DNA of 64,000 nt from Tubiluchus corallicola (Eukaryota; Animalia; Priapulida): positions 620,001-684,000 of the forward strand of contig JAQGDQ010002372.1 of the NCBI GenBank assembly GCA_030141605.1, read 5' to 3'. The notes under the pieces are model-generated. The model had not been told where the DNA came from and made no database searches. It saw only the letters and a list, made by a program, of their open reading frames with translations. Shown piece after piece: positions 12,001-25,615 of this stretch. Position 1 is the first letter of the stretch. Every line of letters starts with the position of its first letter. A program made the position numbers and the translations under genes.

Positions 12001-15000
12001 TTGTTACTGGATATTTGCTCAAATATATATTTTTTTCGAATTGCTTGCTAAGAACGTTTGAAGCTTAACTTTCCATGCAAAAATGCATTATGACTGCTTC
12101 TGCTGATGGTGGTTGTGGTGGTGGTGGTGGTGGTAGTGGTGGAGGTGGTGATGGTGGTAGTGGTGATGGTTTTAGTGGTGGTGGTGGTGATGATAATGAT
12201 GATGATGATGATGATGATGACGATGATGATGATGATGCCATATAAGCTGTATTGATTTCCAGAACAAATGTATTCACTTTGTTTCAAACAATAGAGTATC
12301 AAACTATCAATCCGTAGTTTTGTAGTAATTCTTGTATAATTACATATCCTGATCAAGAAAATTTTAATTGTTCATTAACTTCATTACATACCCATCTTAA
12401 CAATTTGATTAAAATTAGGTATATTATTTATTAGAGCCCTAATTGTATATATTTTGAATGTTTTATAGAATTATATGTTTTAATTAAATTGGTTTGTAGC
12501 ATTGGAGAGGAGAAAAGCGATGTAGTTCATGAACGCATTCGCAATCTCGTTAACGCATTTTCTGAGCGAGCATGGAGAATCAAAGAGAGAGTAGCACAAC
12601 CACCAACTCCCACTGAATCAGACAGCGGGAGGTCAACACGTATGTTACTCAAAATTTTTAAGCTGCTAAAATCAATGTAATCAGCCATACAATATTCTTT
12701 TGACTGCAGTACAACATTGTAAAATAGGATTTTCATTGCAGCTGAAGTTGAAACAAAGAAGCAGCCTCAACGTTTTGACTCTTTCATAGAAGATACCCTA
12801 CACAGACAGGAGGAGCCACTGTATGTGGACATATTAGGGCGAAAGTTAAAACTCCCTGGATTTTTACGGTGCAAAGTTCCTAAGAAACTTGCCATAGATC
12901 CTCAAGGTAAAGACTTGAATAATAGTATGAATTTATGTTTGTTAATCAAATACCTCAAATATCACATCACATGAAATACTCCGTGAAACATTATCAGACT
13001 GTACTCGGGATATTGAAGTATCCATTCACTTTTTTGTGAAAATTAATTTTCTTTTGATTTTGTGCCTCTGGCTCTGTGAAAATAGAAAACCACCTCCTCG
13101 TTAAAAGTAATGCTAAGCTTTCCACGCTGTCCTACACTGGTGTATCAAGTGTGCAATCATATTGTATTTTTTCAGAGTGTTTTAGGTTCTTTAGCTGTTA
13201 TTATCATCTGGATTTCTAAAATTTGTACTGTTAACAGGTAACATCCAATTTCTAATGTGTGGCCAAATCTTAATAATACAAGATTTTGATTGTTGAAATT
13301 ACTAAACTTGGAATTACATAAAGCTTTTTGGGTGGCCCGATGTGTATATACTCAGGTAATGTGTTACGACACTGCTTGTTTCAGGTACATGGTATCTAAT
13401 GTGGTTGTTTCTGCTGACTTGTGCATACACATATAACTGTTGGAGTATGTTTTTACGGGCTTCGTTCCCATACGAGACTGAGAGCAACCGGGCATATTGG
13501 CTAATCGCAGATTATATTTGTGATTTGCTGTATCTACTTGATATTGTTATCGTCAAATCTCATATCATATTCCTTGATGAAGGCATATTTGTGGTAAGTA
13601 CAGTTTATTAGCTATAGTTCATACAACATATAACACTTTTCTTAAATACCTATATTGATCACATAATCTTTTCATTCATGCTTACTAGCAACCACAATGG
13701 ACTTTAGCAATACTAACAAATAAACCGTTTCTCTGGCTTAATAGAATCTGAACAAGTGTTGTTTTAACAAGTGAGGCGCATTAGCAGATTTGTTACATTT
13801 TAAATTTTGAATTGTTTGCAAGATTAGATGTGTTAGTATGAATGAGAACTGTAGCTGCATCAATAACAGAAATGGAACACTATATTTTTCAATCATGTCA
13901 CCACTTTCACAAAATAATTATTTATTTAGGATGATCGAAAGGCAATGGAAAAAAACTATGTGAAGACAACAAATTTCAAGGTATGATTTTGTTAGAGATA
14001 GATGTTTCGGCAAGTGTAATTATATATCGATTGGCAATTTTGAGGCCATATTTATACCCTTTTAAGTTTTAAATAATTACACATTAGCGAAATGTCTTTA
14101 GTGCATAATTTTAGCAGACTTTATGAGCACTAGGATTCATCATCAATTAAGCTGTATTTTTATGTAGTTTTGTTACTATGTTGTTATTGCTATAGCCATG
14201 TTTACTCACATTGACTGTACATTGTTTGTTGAATACTCTTGAATAAGTTCAAGTTACCCAATTTCAATATTTTGTACATATTTTAGTGTGATGTTGCGAG
14301 TCTGCTACCTTTGGATATCCTGTATTTGGCTGTGGGAGTGAAACCTATGCTTCGACTACCAAGATTACTTAAGGTTATTTTAGTTTAAAATACAGTAATT
14401 TGGTTATTTTAGTGTACATTTTCACAACTGTACATTTGCATTAGTGAAAAATTTATGTAGAAGAAGTGTAAAATGTGATAACACACGGATATTTTTTTTC
14501 ATATCATTTATTGTTTGTTATATTTCCCTTTTCATAGTTACTATCATTCTACTGGTATAGCAGTTTTGACAGAATGTAAGATTACGGTCTCCAGGATACT
14601 TTTAATACAGTTATGTTTCAGGTAGCACAGAAAAAATGTACAGGTTTAGAAAATACATTTAGTTTTGGCTGTAAAAATTACAAGTTTATAGCTTTGGTAG
14701 TCTTTTATTTATGACCAAAAACTTGTTTGTTAACAATTTAAATTTCTGAACAATGTCAGTTAATCAACAATTGAAAAACAACGTTGATGTATAAAATGTG
14801 ACAGATGCAACAAAACGAAAAAGAAATCAACCAGTTTGCAGCATGGTCTTCACAAAAATAAAGCACTCATAAGAGAAAGTGTATGTGGGTTGTACAGAGC
14901 AGTTTGATGCACGGAACAAAGACAAAAATTATTGAATGTTGTTGGAAGAAATGCTTCCACCAGTTTGCATTCTAAATGGCGGACACATGGAGCACTACAA

Positions 15001-18000
15001 AGATCTTTCTGGCATTTATTTTCTGACTTGTCTGTATTTTTCGAAAAATGTAAGGTGATGACCTAAGATTTTTGGCATTTATACATAAGCATCTGTAACA
15101 TCAATGATGTAATTTGCATGCGATTGCATTATTTTCTTGTAATATCATGATCAAAACTTCAGCACATTTTTATATGCCACCTAATATTAGTTGTTTTCCC
15201 GTTCATACTATGTAATGCTCAAGCTTCATTTCCTCATTATCTTGAAAAATTTGCCAGTGTTATTTCACGCTAGAAACATTGTAGATTTTCACTTTATAAA
15301 CTACATGCTCTTTTTGCACTTTTCTGCTGTTTCTTCCGGTATATCACCTAAAGAAATTTTACTGTTTTCCATTGTGCTATCTAAGTAAATTTTACTATTT
15401 TATTTTATTGTATAACCTTAGATACAGACATTTTGGGAATTCTACACAAGATTTGATGCAGTGGCAAAAGCTCCACATGCCATACGAGTTTTCAAAACCT
15501 TCACTTACATGCTATTTATGATTCATATACAAACCTGTGCATTCTATGCTTTCTCTGAATATGAAAGAAACCAGGGAATTGTATCTGACTGGATACACAA
15601 AAATGAAGGCAACGCGTAAGTTTACCATCTTGCCAACTTCTTAAAAAGAAGCACAGTAAAAAGCTGGAAAATAATGTCAAATGGCCACCGCTGATTATTT
15701 AATGATATTAGCATAATTAACTAGGTTTTGAGATCAGCATATAAAATACAAATTTTTTGCCTTCAATAATTAAATTAATTAAATTATGAAAAGTTTTAAA
15801 TTGGTAATGCAAGTCGTCTTATGACAATACAGAAAAATGTCTATATGCTGAGCAATGATTGTTCAGTCTGCTTTTATAATAATAATACTACAAATGTGCT
15901 GCTACCTATATGTTTGTGGAATGTTGATTCTTATTATGTAGCTCAGTATTCTGTTTTTTCTTTGCCTTGTAACTTATGTTACTGGATTACAGGTATATAC
16001 GATGCTTCTACTTTGCAACTAAAACAGCAACATCTATAGGAAATAATCCAAAACCAGAACAGTTAAATGAGTTCTTGTACATGACAGTGTCTTGGTTACT
16101 AGGAGTTTTCGTCTTTGCTTTACTTATTGGTCAGGTACATTTCTACATACATTTTGGCTTGCAAATTATTCACTGTCAGTGAACTATTTCAATGTTGCGC
16201 TGAAACAAATCTCCAATCATTTATTTAACATGAAATCTTGGAATAAGCTTCTAGCATAATTTTGGGACTGCAACAAAATTAAACTATAATTAAAATACTC
16301 CTTACCTGTACAATTGAATGCATACTTGAACATTTCTGTATGTATTCAATTGTATATGCAAAGGTTATTTTTATTTTGATATAATTCTTTTGAAGCATCA
16401 TGTTAAATAAATATTGAAATGTTTTGCAGTTCTGCCTGCTTTCATTGGAGATTTAAATTAATTCGTTATTTTACTGTTATACTATAACTGTTGTTCATTA
16501 CATACCCTAAACAACGAACATTCACATTTCCAAGAATAGTGAATAGCTATAGCTGTTAATATTTTGGTTTCGTATTTTGCTTTTCAGTATTTGTGTAAGC
16601 GCATTTTGCACTTTTAGGTTAGGGATATTTTCCAAGCTGCAAGAATGACAAAGACTGAATATCGAAAGACTATGGATATAACCATAAACTATATGCAGAA
16701 TCTGAAAGTTCCTTCAGACCTTCAGGATCGAGTCAGACTGTGGTTTAACTATAACTGGGAACAGCAGAAAACATTGAGTGTGTTTTTATTTTTTAACATA
16801 ATTTTTCGCATTTCTGAAAGAAACTTTTCTCTAACAAAACTTAAAAAGTTTGTAACTCTGAATCTCTGGTTTTTACATCTGATATTTTCTGGTGTTTTGC
16901 CGGTTTTTTTCTGCTACATTGTGCTGCATTTATTTTATATTTAATTGCTGTATGTCTAATAATAATTGTAAGAAAAATTTTCGTTTTTGCAAGATATATG
17001 CATGTAACATTTACAGTATCAGTTCAAGTAACAAATTGAACAAGTCCCATATCTACATAAATGCAGAGATAGAAGAGAGATTAAAATGACTATAACATTG
17101 AGAAATTATCACCAATGTACATTTTGAACATTAAAATTATATTCTCTCCGCTTGAATATTTCTGGTTTGTGCCTGTGGTAGTGATTCTGTTATGGTTCTG
17201 CCTTTTACGCAGTCTAGTGATTGCCTTCTTTTCTAGACGAGAATGCAGCCCTTCAAATTCTGCCATTGAAGATGAGAACAGATATGGCTATAAATGTTCA
17301 TTTTCAAACACTGAGCAAAGTTCAACTGTTTCAGGTAATTTTAGGTGTTTGTTCTTTATGATTATTTAACAGCACGATGATTATCACTGCTGTATTTATA
17401 TTTTTACAACTTTTCAGTCGTGCAATTTTTTATGTGTTTGTTATCTTTTTCAAGTCATATGTTACTTTACATAAAATTTAATTGTGAGCATTTGTAAACA
17501 AATTATTCTAATGTTTGCAATACTTCACTTGTTTACTTCAATAATTTATTTAAAACAGAACGTTTTGATTTAATCACTAAATATTTTCAGTTGACAGATC
17601 TGTATTTAAAATTAAATTCGCATTAAAAATTTTTGCAAATTAAGTATAAGATATAAACCATAATTTTTTTAAAAAAATTGTACCATCAATTGCTATCTGG
17701 AAATCACTAAAAAAATTTTGGAGCATTTACAAACAATGATGGGTGTTGTTTTACAATAATACTATTTTATGATTAATTTATAAACTTACATTTATTCACT
17801 TAACAATATAATGTTTGTTACTGCATTCTCATTTTCTGTAGTTTCTTATTAAATTTCCAGGACTGTGAAAAAGGGCTGCTTCGAGTGCTAGTGTTACGAT
17901 TGCGCCCCGTGTTATATCTGCCTGGTGATTTGGTCTGCAGAAAGGTACTGTTTATTTTTTATATAAATCTAAATCAGCATTATTTTGTAGAATTTAACAC

Positions 18001-21000
18001 TGAACAATATCATTATATAAATATTAAGCAAACCTTTCTTGAGCTGACTTGTTAGAAACAAACATTTTTATTCATGCACATCTTGACACTGACAAAAATA
18101 CAATCCTGCTAGTTCCTTTTTTGGCTGTTTTGATGAAATAATTCTGAAATTATTACATGGTCCGTAAATAGTATTTTATTTAGCAAAAACATGCAAAGGT
18201 TTCACTTGTGTCTTTAGGGAGATGTAGGGCACGAAATGTACATTGTAAACAATGGCCAGGTTCAAGTTATGGGAGGAGAGAAAAATGACATTGTTCTGGC
18301 TACTTTGCATTCTGGAAGTGTCTTTGGAGAAATCAGGTAATGCTTATGCTTCTAATGTTAAAAAGACATTGCTGAAGTAAAAAAAAGGCGTTTATAGAAC
18401 ATAAAATATTTTTTAAAATTCATGTTACAATTTATAGTTGTTATTGAGTGTTTTCGTGCTTTTTGTACTTCATCTTAAAAGTTGTATGTGTTTTTAAGTT
18501 GCAAAATTGAATTGTTATAATGGCTGTGTTGTGTTCTCGTGTGATGGATGCTCAGTCTTTTAGGCACATATTTCTGAAACTTTAACTGAGCATAACTGTG
18601 ATAAAGCACAATATTGCTCGATAATTGTTATTTATTTATTTGAACCATCTCTTTTGACCTTCTCTACCTTCTCAAATGGAGCAAAAAAATAAAAACAGAC
18701 CATAATAAATACACAAATGTATATGCCCATTTACACCTCTAAAATATATTAGTGTGGTGTGGCAAAATTAAAGCCAGAAATTAAAGCCTTTTAGATATTG
18801 ACTGATCACAGATCACAGTTGGCAGAATTACATTACTAAGCCATGCCTCCCCGGTTTTTGTCTCACAATCGCTGGCTGACAGCCACTGCCTTAGCCACCT
18901 TAGAGAATAACTATAAATATAGGGGAAAACAGGAAACATTGTAACGATTTGTCTCTTGTTCCAGAAAATGTATCTCTGTTATACTTAACTGACTACAAGA
19001 AACGAGTTTTAATTATTTTGCTCAAGGATATATGCATGGTGTCAAGCTTTTATGAGAAAGATTAGGCGTTGTTACCTTAAGACCAGAATGCTGATCTCCA
19101 ACAGAAAAAATCTGCTGCTAAACGAACTTGTTGTAAACGTAAAATTATAGATATCCTTACTTGCATTTGCACTTAAATTATTTTTGAGTGTCTTGAGATC
19201 AAAGTTCAGCATGAAAATGAAAACTCTATTATACAACCTGAATCTGTAGGGTGAAATTTTTCTTAGTGATAAAGCAAATCTGGATCTTAGCTACTGAAAA
19301 TGATTTTTCAGTTATACAAAAATACAGTGTTCCTTCACTACTTCGCGGTTCCTTTATCGCAGTCTCGCTGTTCCACGGGTTTTCAAAAAGTATTAATGTA
19401 AAATATTTATTGCGATACTTTCGCTGCTTCACGGGTTTTTGCGGTACTCCGTCTAAAGTATTTTACGTATGCATAGTACGTATTGTACAGTAATGTATAG
19501 ATTTGATGAATTTTGCTTAAAAAATCACAAAATGTATAAAAATATATTAAAAATATTAATTCTTACATTAAAAGAATATTATAGATCATAAAAAATTACC
19601 ATTTGCAGTAAATAGTGTATTTATTCGGCGAATGAATATACACCAAAAACGAAATGTAGTACCTGCGCCTGCTTGAGAATCTACTTGCCGACGTGAGATT
19701 GTACACAACACACAATTGGTTGATTATAGTATAAGTATAAAATAAGTATAGCGTCCCTCCCTACTTCGCGGAAATTCACTTATCGCGGGTGGGCCTGGAA
19801 CTGAACACCTGCGATAAGTGAGGGAACACTGTATGAGTAAAACAACACATGCATTGCCAGTTTAAAACACTTATGTAAGCACTAACATTTGATTTTAAAC
19901 AACCTAAGCTGCCCAGGCTAAACTTTGTGAATGTAATAGTTAAAAGGGCCTACTAACTTAAAGTTTAATAAATACTGTTTTATTTTGTTCCTCCTGCTGA
20001 ACACGTATAGTGCTGAAGTAGGCATACTATATTTTTGCATTGTAGAACAACATCAGATTTCAAATTTAAAAAATAGAAAGCTAACTACTTTGGCAAAGAC
20101 TTCGTGGTTTTTAAAGGGTTCTGTGTTCCGTGAGGTCTTATGCATGTTCCGTCGGCATGAACATTTGTCTGTCCTTTTTGCCTAAGTAAAAATAATCTAA
20201 CCATGTATAAACACACACTTTTGCAGTATATTTGGCATGTTTAGTATAATCTGCATGCCCGAAAATGTGAGTAAACATCTGGGGCTGTGGAGTGGTTCGC
20301 CTGCCATTGTGAGTTGGACTTTCACTGGTTGATTGACATTTTGCAATCCCTCTATTATGGATCGCTTACAATATGTCCTGAACATAAAAACTGTTAAAAA
20401 ACTGTCATGAGTATATTTCTAAAGTAATAAAGTTTAATCACTTATACACATTATTTATAGTCTGTTGTCGTTGGCTGGAGGAAATCGAAGAACTGCAGAT
20501 GTTAAATCTCGTGGCTTTTCTAATCTATTTGTGCTAAGCAAAGCTGATCTGCAAGACACAATAAAGGATTATCCCGATGCACAAGAAGCCCTTAAGCGAA
20601 AAGCCAAGTATGTGACAAATAATTTCCTATAAGTCCCTTACTTACGGAACAGAATATCAAGCTTCACTGTATGCTGTATGTGACTTATTAACATTACTTA
20701 TTACGAAATATTTTTATTGGTAAGTTAATCATTCATTTAAATGTTGAAAATTTTCAATTATATTTCAGTGATTGTATGTTGTAGGAAAATTATTGCTCAA
20801 AATGCCAAACGGGAAAGAAAGCCCAGCATCAAGGAGGAAGACGTGAAGCTAAAGCCATCAACTAGGCTTAGTTCCCACACTCCAAAACTTGTGACAGCTG
20901 TCATCGAGGTTGGATAATTTTCCAAATGTTTTTTATAGTATTTGGACTTATTATTATTAAAAATGCACTATTTTTGACAATTCGAATATGTGAACGTAAT

Positions 21001-24000
21001 CAAATTTTAGTGTTTAACGCTTGTAGGCTCTGGATAAGAACCCATCAACACATGATAATGAAACAACACAGATTCTGACTGGCAGGAAGAGCAGATTGCA
21101 AGTGCAGAGTTCTATGGAGATGAGATCAACACCCGAAGAAGTGCTCGTGGTAGAAACTACTCAAGATGGTTAGTTAAGAATTTGTTTTGCTAACGACCCT
21201 CAGGCATACGTGTTATTATTGGCTAAATGACGTATAACAGAAATAAATGATCTGTTTGTTTTTTCAAAATTATTGTGCACTGATGATTTATCAGTCATTG
21301 AAGTATGTACTATTAACTAATTGTCAATTTACTATTATGGAATAACATACATGTTCATTCTTAAGTGAACCTAAAAAGTCATTCTTCGTTAACTTGAAAA
21401 GTTAATATTTGCCTTGTTATTGCTTGTACAGTCAAACATTTACAAAAGACTTTCAAATGAAATGAGTATAATGAATAATGAATGTAATGAATATGCATTA
21501 ACTGTAGTTATGCATGTTTGTGAGTATTTCATCTATTATGTAAAAATTCTAACCTGCTTTTATAAGTGTGTCTTGCTAAAAAGCAGAGTGGTAATTTAAA
21601 ACTGATATTTCACACCTCTCTTGTGTAAGTGTTATAAAGTTAATTAGAAATGATGTACAGATTGACAAAGTTCTACTAAATACAACAGTATGGGTGCCAA
21701 TTTATTTATCAAGGGGATATTAATTCATAAAATATATTCTGTGAGTTTATCAATTATAGTGTTTGGTAGTTATTTATGTTGCTATTTATGACTCAACCGT
21801 TTCAGGCCCAAAAGAAGAGACCCAAATTTCTTTAAAGAATTCTCTGAGCCCTACAACGACTGAACGGCGCAGTCGACTCTTGAAGATGCACTCAATTCAC
21901 GAAAACAGTAAGTATGATTTTATGTCATTGTTGAGTGTTTGTTTATCTTTTAATTTGTTTGTCACTTACTGCCCCACATTACTGTGATTTCAAATTTATT
22001 TTTATCAATCTGGCTTGAAAATATTAGTATTGTAAATATCAATTTTGATAAAGTTGTTATGCTGCAATGTTGTAACTCTTTCAGCTTGAGTCCAAGTCGA
22101 GTCCCAAGTCTTTGGGGATCAAGTCCGAGTTAAGTCTCAGCTCATTCTGGCCCAAGTCTCGAGTCATTAAACCCAAGTCTGAATTGAGTTTTAAGTCATT
22201 ATGTCTATGTCTAAGTCGAGTCTTAAGTCATGTTCACTTCAAATCAAGTTTCAAGTCAAAGTAATTTAGGATTTAATCGATTCCCATGTTCTTGTTTAAT
22301 AGTAATTGACTGTTGTTGTTAATTTTGGCATTATTTTCCTTATTACTGCACTACATTTATTACTACAAACATTGGCTAATGTTGATGTTTTGCTATACAT
22401 CAAACTATCCGTGCAAGATAAATTATTTTACAAATGATTTTACACTTAAGTTTGCAATGGTGTTGTACCGAGTATCTGTATGACATAAAAGTAACTTTAC
22501 AATCAGTAGTACTAATTACATTCTACAAGAAGTTATTCTAGTTACTTATTACATTTACTCTTATTACATTATCTGACAATCCTGTGTGTTCTTACTAACA
22601 AGCCACTTTGTCTGAAGACCCATTCAATTAATAGTCGCACTAATAGCTGAGCAACTAAATACTTTATTAGCCAGTTTAGAAAAGCTGCTGTTAAAAAAGC
22701 TGTCTATGATGTATTTTGAGTTTTTCTCATGCAACATCAAGGGTATGTTTAATGTTGTTAATTATTAAAGTTTTTAACTGAGTGCAGAGCAGATGCAAAC
22801 ACTGCTGCTGAACCTAGAGACTTTAAGAATTGACACTTTAGGCATAATGCAAATATGGCTTTAGACAATGAACACTGGTCTAACGTGGGATTGAAATGCT
22901 TTCACAAGTAATAACAATTTAACTATTTAGTTATAACGTGCATCATTATTGTTTGTTTTACTGTTCGTGTAGTCTGAGCCACTAATCAAGTCAGTACTTT
23001 ATTGTTTTGAGTCCAAGTCAAATAGCGAGTCATTTATTATAAGTGTCAGTCAAATCTGGAATCAGTGCCATGCAAGTTGAAGTCGAGTCTGACTCTGAGA
23101 TGCTGAGCAATTTTCTCAACAAAGGCAATTTATTGATATTTTTTCAGTGTGCTAGACTTTTATGCTTACTTTGTTGCAAAGTATAGATAGAAAGATTTTA
23201 CAAAATAAAGAGATAATTTTATGCACATTATTTTAACTAATATTAGTTATTATTGTTCTGTCAGATAAAAAAGTGGATGACGAGCAAAGATCGGACTCTG
23301 CTTTAGGTAATACCATGTCGTCATCATTGGATACAGTTGACAAAAATAAAGAAACCAAAGAGGTTCCTAAAGGTGTGTAATTTGTGTACTTGTGTTTCTA
23401 TAAAAATGTTGTTTTGTTACACCAGAAAGTCCTATTAACAATACTGTATATATTGTACTATATATTGGTTACCCACATGCAGCTGTTATTTTCAATGGCA
23501 TCAGATTATTTTGGTAAATCACAGGCCTAAGACATGCTTAACCAAAAATAAAATTTATAGCGGCCTTAGTTAAGCTTCAGCAACAAACTAGTTAGTTAAG
23601 ACTTAGTGGTGTTATTGATTCAAAAAAGTATGAGATGTAGAAAATTTGTGCTTCAAATGAAGATTTTGCATTAAATATTTTTTTAAGCAGTTTACATCAT
23701 CTGTTTGTTGACATTATTATGTGTTAAAAAGTTTTTATAAATTATTTGTTTTTGTAGATAACAAAGCTGCTAGTAGTCTAGAATCAGGCATCTCTTTAGA
23801 GGACACAACTTCTAAGATAGAGAAGAAGAAAAAGGTTAGCAAAAACCAGGTTGCTCCTCAAGAAGGCCCACTGAATGTGTGGAATGAAAGTAAATTTGAC
23901 CGCACACGTCCAGTGTCTATTGTGCAACCCATGGTGAATGGCATGCCACTTCAACAACAGCAGTCAGCAAAAGAAACATCTTCTTCATATAAAGAGAGTG

Positions 24001-24365
24001 ATGACACATCGAGAAATGTGGACACTGCTGCTTTACCTGGCCAAACAGATGCCGGTGTAAATGCAACTGCTAACACAGAATCAGTTGCTGCTTCTGGGAA
24101 TCTTATAAATGAAAGTATTGATTTTGATGTACAACCTCATGAATTAGCAACATTGAGAAGGGCTTCGATAACTCCTAGTCTAATGTCTGCATCACTTGAC
24201 TTGGAAGATAACATGCAGCATGACGCCCGTACTTTGGATGCAGAGGTTACTGTGCACCAAGAAAGCAGTGCAGTAAGCAGTAGCAGTGCTGGAGTAGATA
24301 ATTTAGCTTATGTACCAGAAAGTGATTCACCAAATGCTGTTAAACACAAGCCACCAAAATCGTAA
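9092..24365 (+). CDS. CNGB: Cyclic nucleotide-gated cation channel beta subunit (CNGB/TAX-2-like), 20 coding exons, 1061 aa
   Basis: Exons 9092-9204, 9560-9747, 11223-11427, 12500-12639, 12742-12906, 13385-13593, 13930-13980, 14287-14373, 15422-15615, 15993-16134, 16618-16777, 17237-17334, 17861-17944, 18218-18336, 20461-20607, 20785-20908, 21027-21168, 21806-21907, 23265-23372 and 23758-24365, all GT-AG and open throughout (3186 nt). An in-frame TGA immediately precedes the ATG. Motifs: CNGB calmodulin-site-like [21 protein letters not shown]; S4 MLRLPRLLK; pore [21 protein letters not shown] (lacks the alpha-subunit TIGE glutamate); [43 protein letters not shown]. The terminal low-complexity exons are less certain than the core. 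Confidence 0.93.
10389..10510. promoter_or_regulatory. Cluster of RFX X-box motifs in a CNGB intron
   Basis: ATTACCATGGCAAC (10389-10402), GTTGCCTGGGCAAT (10428-10441) and a weaker ATTGCCTAAGTTAAC (10496-10510), compared with the X-box consensus GTTGCCATGGCAAC. Confidence 0.55.
12105..12237. repeat. Compound (GGT)n/(GAT)n microsatellite in a CNGB intron
   Basis: Directly visible. It explains the spurious poly-P/S and poly-T/I ORFs on the minus strand. Confidence 0.95.
14619..15183 (+). mobile_element. Old Tc1/mariner-type deletion derivative
   Basis: Degenerate TIRs: CAGGTAGCACAGAAAAAATGTAC at the left vs TAGGTGGCATATAAAAATGTGC as the reverse complement of the right end, with matching subterminal AGTTTTG..ATTACAAG. 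Internal 14966-14998 reads [11 protein letters not shown], resembling the CIxxxGGHFEH C-terminus of Tc1/mariner transposases. Confidence 0.5.
19325..19831. mobile_element. Tc1/mariner (pogo/Tigger-like) MITE, ~507 bp
   Basis: TA|CAGTGTTCCTTCACTACTTCGCGG ... CCTGCGATAAGTGAGGGAACACTG|TA: TIRs flanked by a TA target-site duplication, with subterminal CTACTTCGCGG/TTATCGCGG repeats. Confidence 0.85.
22064..23104. mobile_element. Non-autonomous DNA transposon remnant with CAAGTC/GAGTC subterminal arrays (hAT-like)
   Basis: Dense CAAGTC/CGAGTC repeats at ~22087-22260 and again at ~22987-23095 bracket an AT-rich interior. The family assignment is inferred and the ends are approximate. Confidence 0.55.
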
Positions 24366-25615
24366 TTCACTTTTCTATGGGATTTGTAAGGTGTGACATC
24401 CACTATTAATATTAAGATAACGTAATTTTTTTTATTTGCAACAAAAATAAGTAATTATGAGGTGACTTAATATTGTACAATTAAGTCTTTTCTGTCCACA
24501 AAGTTAGTGTATAAAATTAAGTATGATGTTCGTCACATTTATTTTCAGGCACTTTTCAAGTTTTAAATCTGCAAATCATGTCTTTTTGCTTTTACCTCGT
24601 TTTGAATTAAAGCATGACAAACTAATACACTCATGTTTTTCTACTTTTTTTGGAATTCCGTGATCACTCCTTAATCCTATATTCCAATATGCAACTAATA
24701 CGTGAAATTTAAAAAAGTTTACCATTGAACCATGTGTGCTCATGCATAACCTGACACCCATGAAACAACATTGTTATACATTAAAACCGAGCATTTTGGT
24801 AAACAACTTTTGAATAATTTATTAAATAAGGGATTACTCGTACGCAAGCACAAGATCTAAATACATTCACACATCTAACACAAGGTAAACCACAGGTAAA
24901 ATCACAAAGTAGAACAGAAGAGGACAGGATTAAATCGAGCTGGCAATAGTGACACATCTTATACAATATACACAGTGGCATACAAACTGGGTACCAAAAT
25001 AATTATTTTACAAGGTATATTTAAAATTAGCTTAGGAAGCTTACAAAAGATAAAATAACATTACAAAATTGTATTGTTTTGGTGACAATAATATAGTACA
25101 TGTATAAACTATAAACAGTCTGCAATAGTAGGAAAACAAAAACAGAAACTTTCAAGGGATACTTGACTTGAGGACATTACACCTTAGCAAGGCTATACAT
25201 AAATTGTCTGCAAAAAATTAATTTTTATACAGCAACAACCAGACAGCTCAAAAGTTTTCAATTCTTTAAACTGTGTTCATTTATCTTTGATCACAAAAAT
25301 ACTTTGGACTGTAAATGAATTACTCTCTGTTCAAGTGCTTTTTGCATAAGTAACAGTTTTCACTTTTATGACACTTTAATTACGTTAAAAAATTTAAATT
25401 CATTCTGCTTATGCTATCTGAATCAATTTGTGATGTTTAACATTTAAACATGTTAGCTAGTGATACTTTGGTTTATCAATGTGCTATGAAACAAATGCAA
25501 ATGAACTGCCAGTTTTCATTTAATGAAATAAGCTTCTGATGTTTGTTTTTGAAAAGTTTTGACATTTACCATGCAATTTTTACAATCATGTTCATAACAA
25601 ACAAACATAATGACA

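Noticed and set aside
12048-12356. Minus-strand ORFs with poly-S/P and poly-I/T (formin- or mucin-like look)
   Set aside because: They are translations of the intronic GGT/GAT microsatellite.
20140-20262. Four GCATG p53-like half sites in a CNGB intron
   Set aside because: They are imperfect half sites without a canonical tandem arrangement, and could be chance or repeat-derived.
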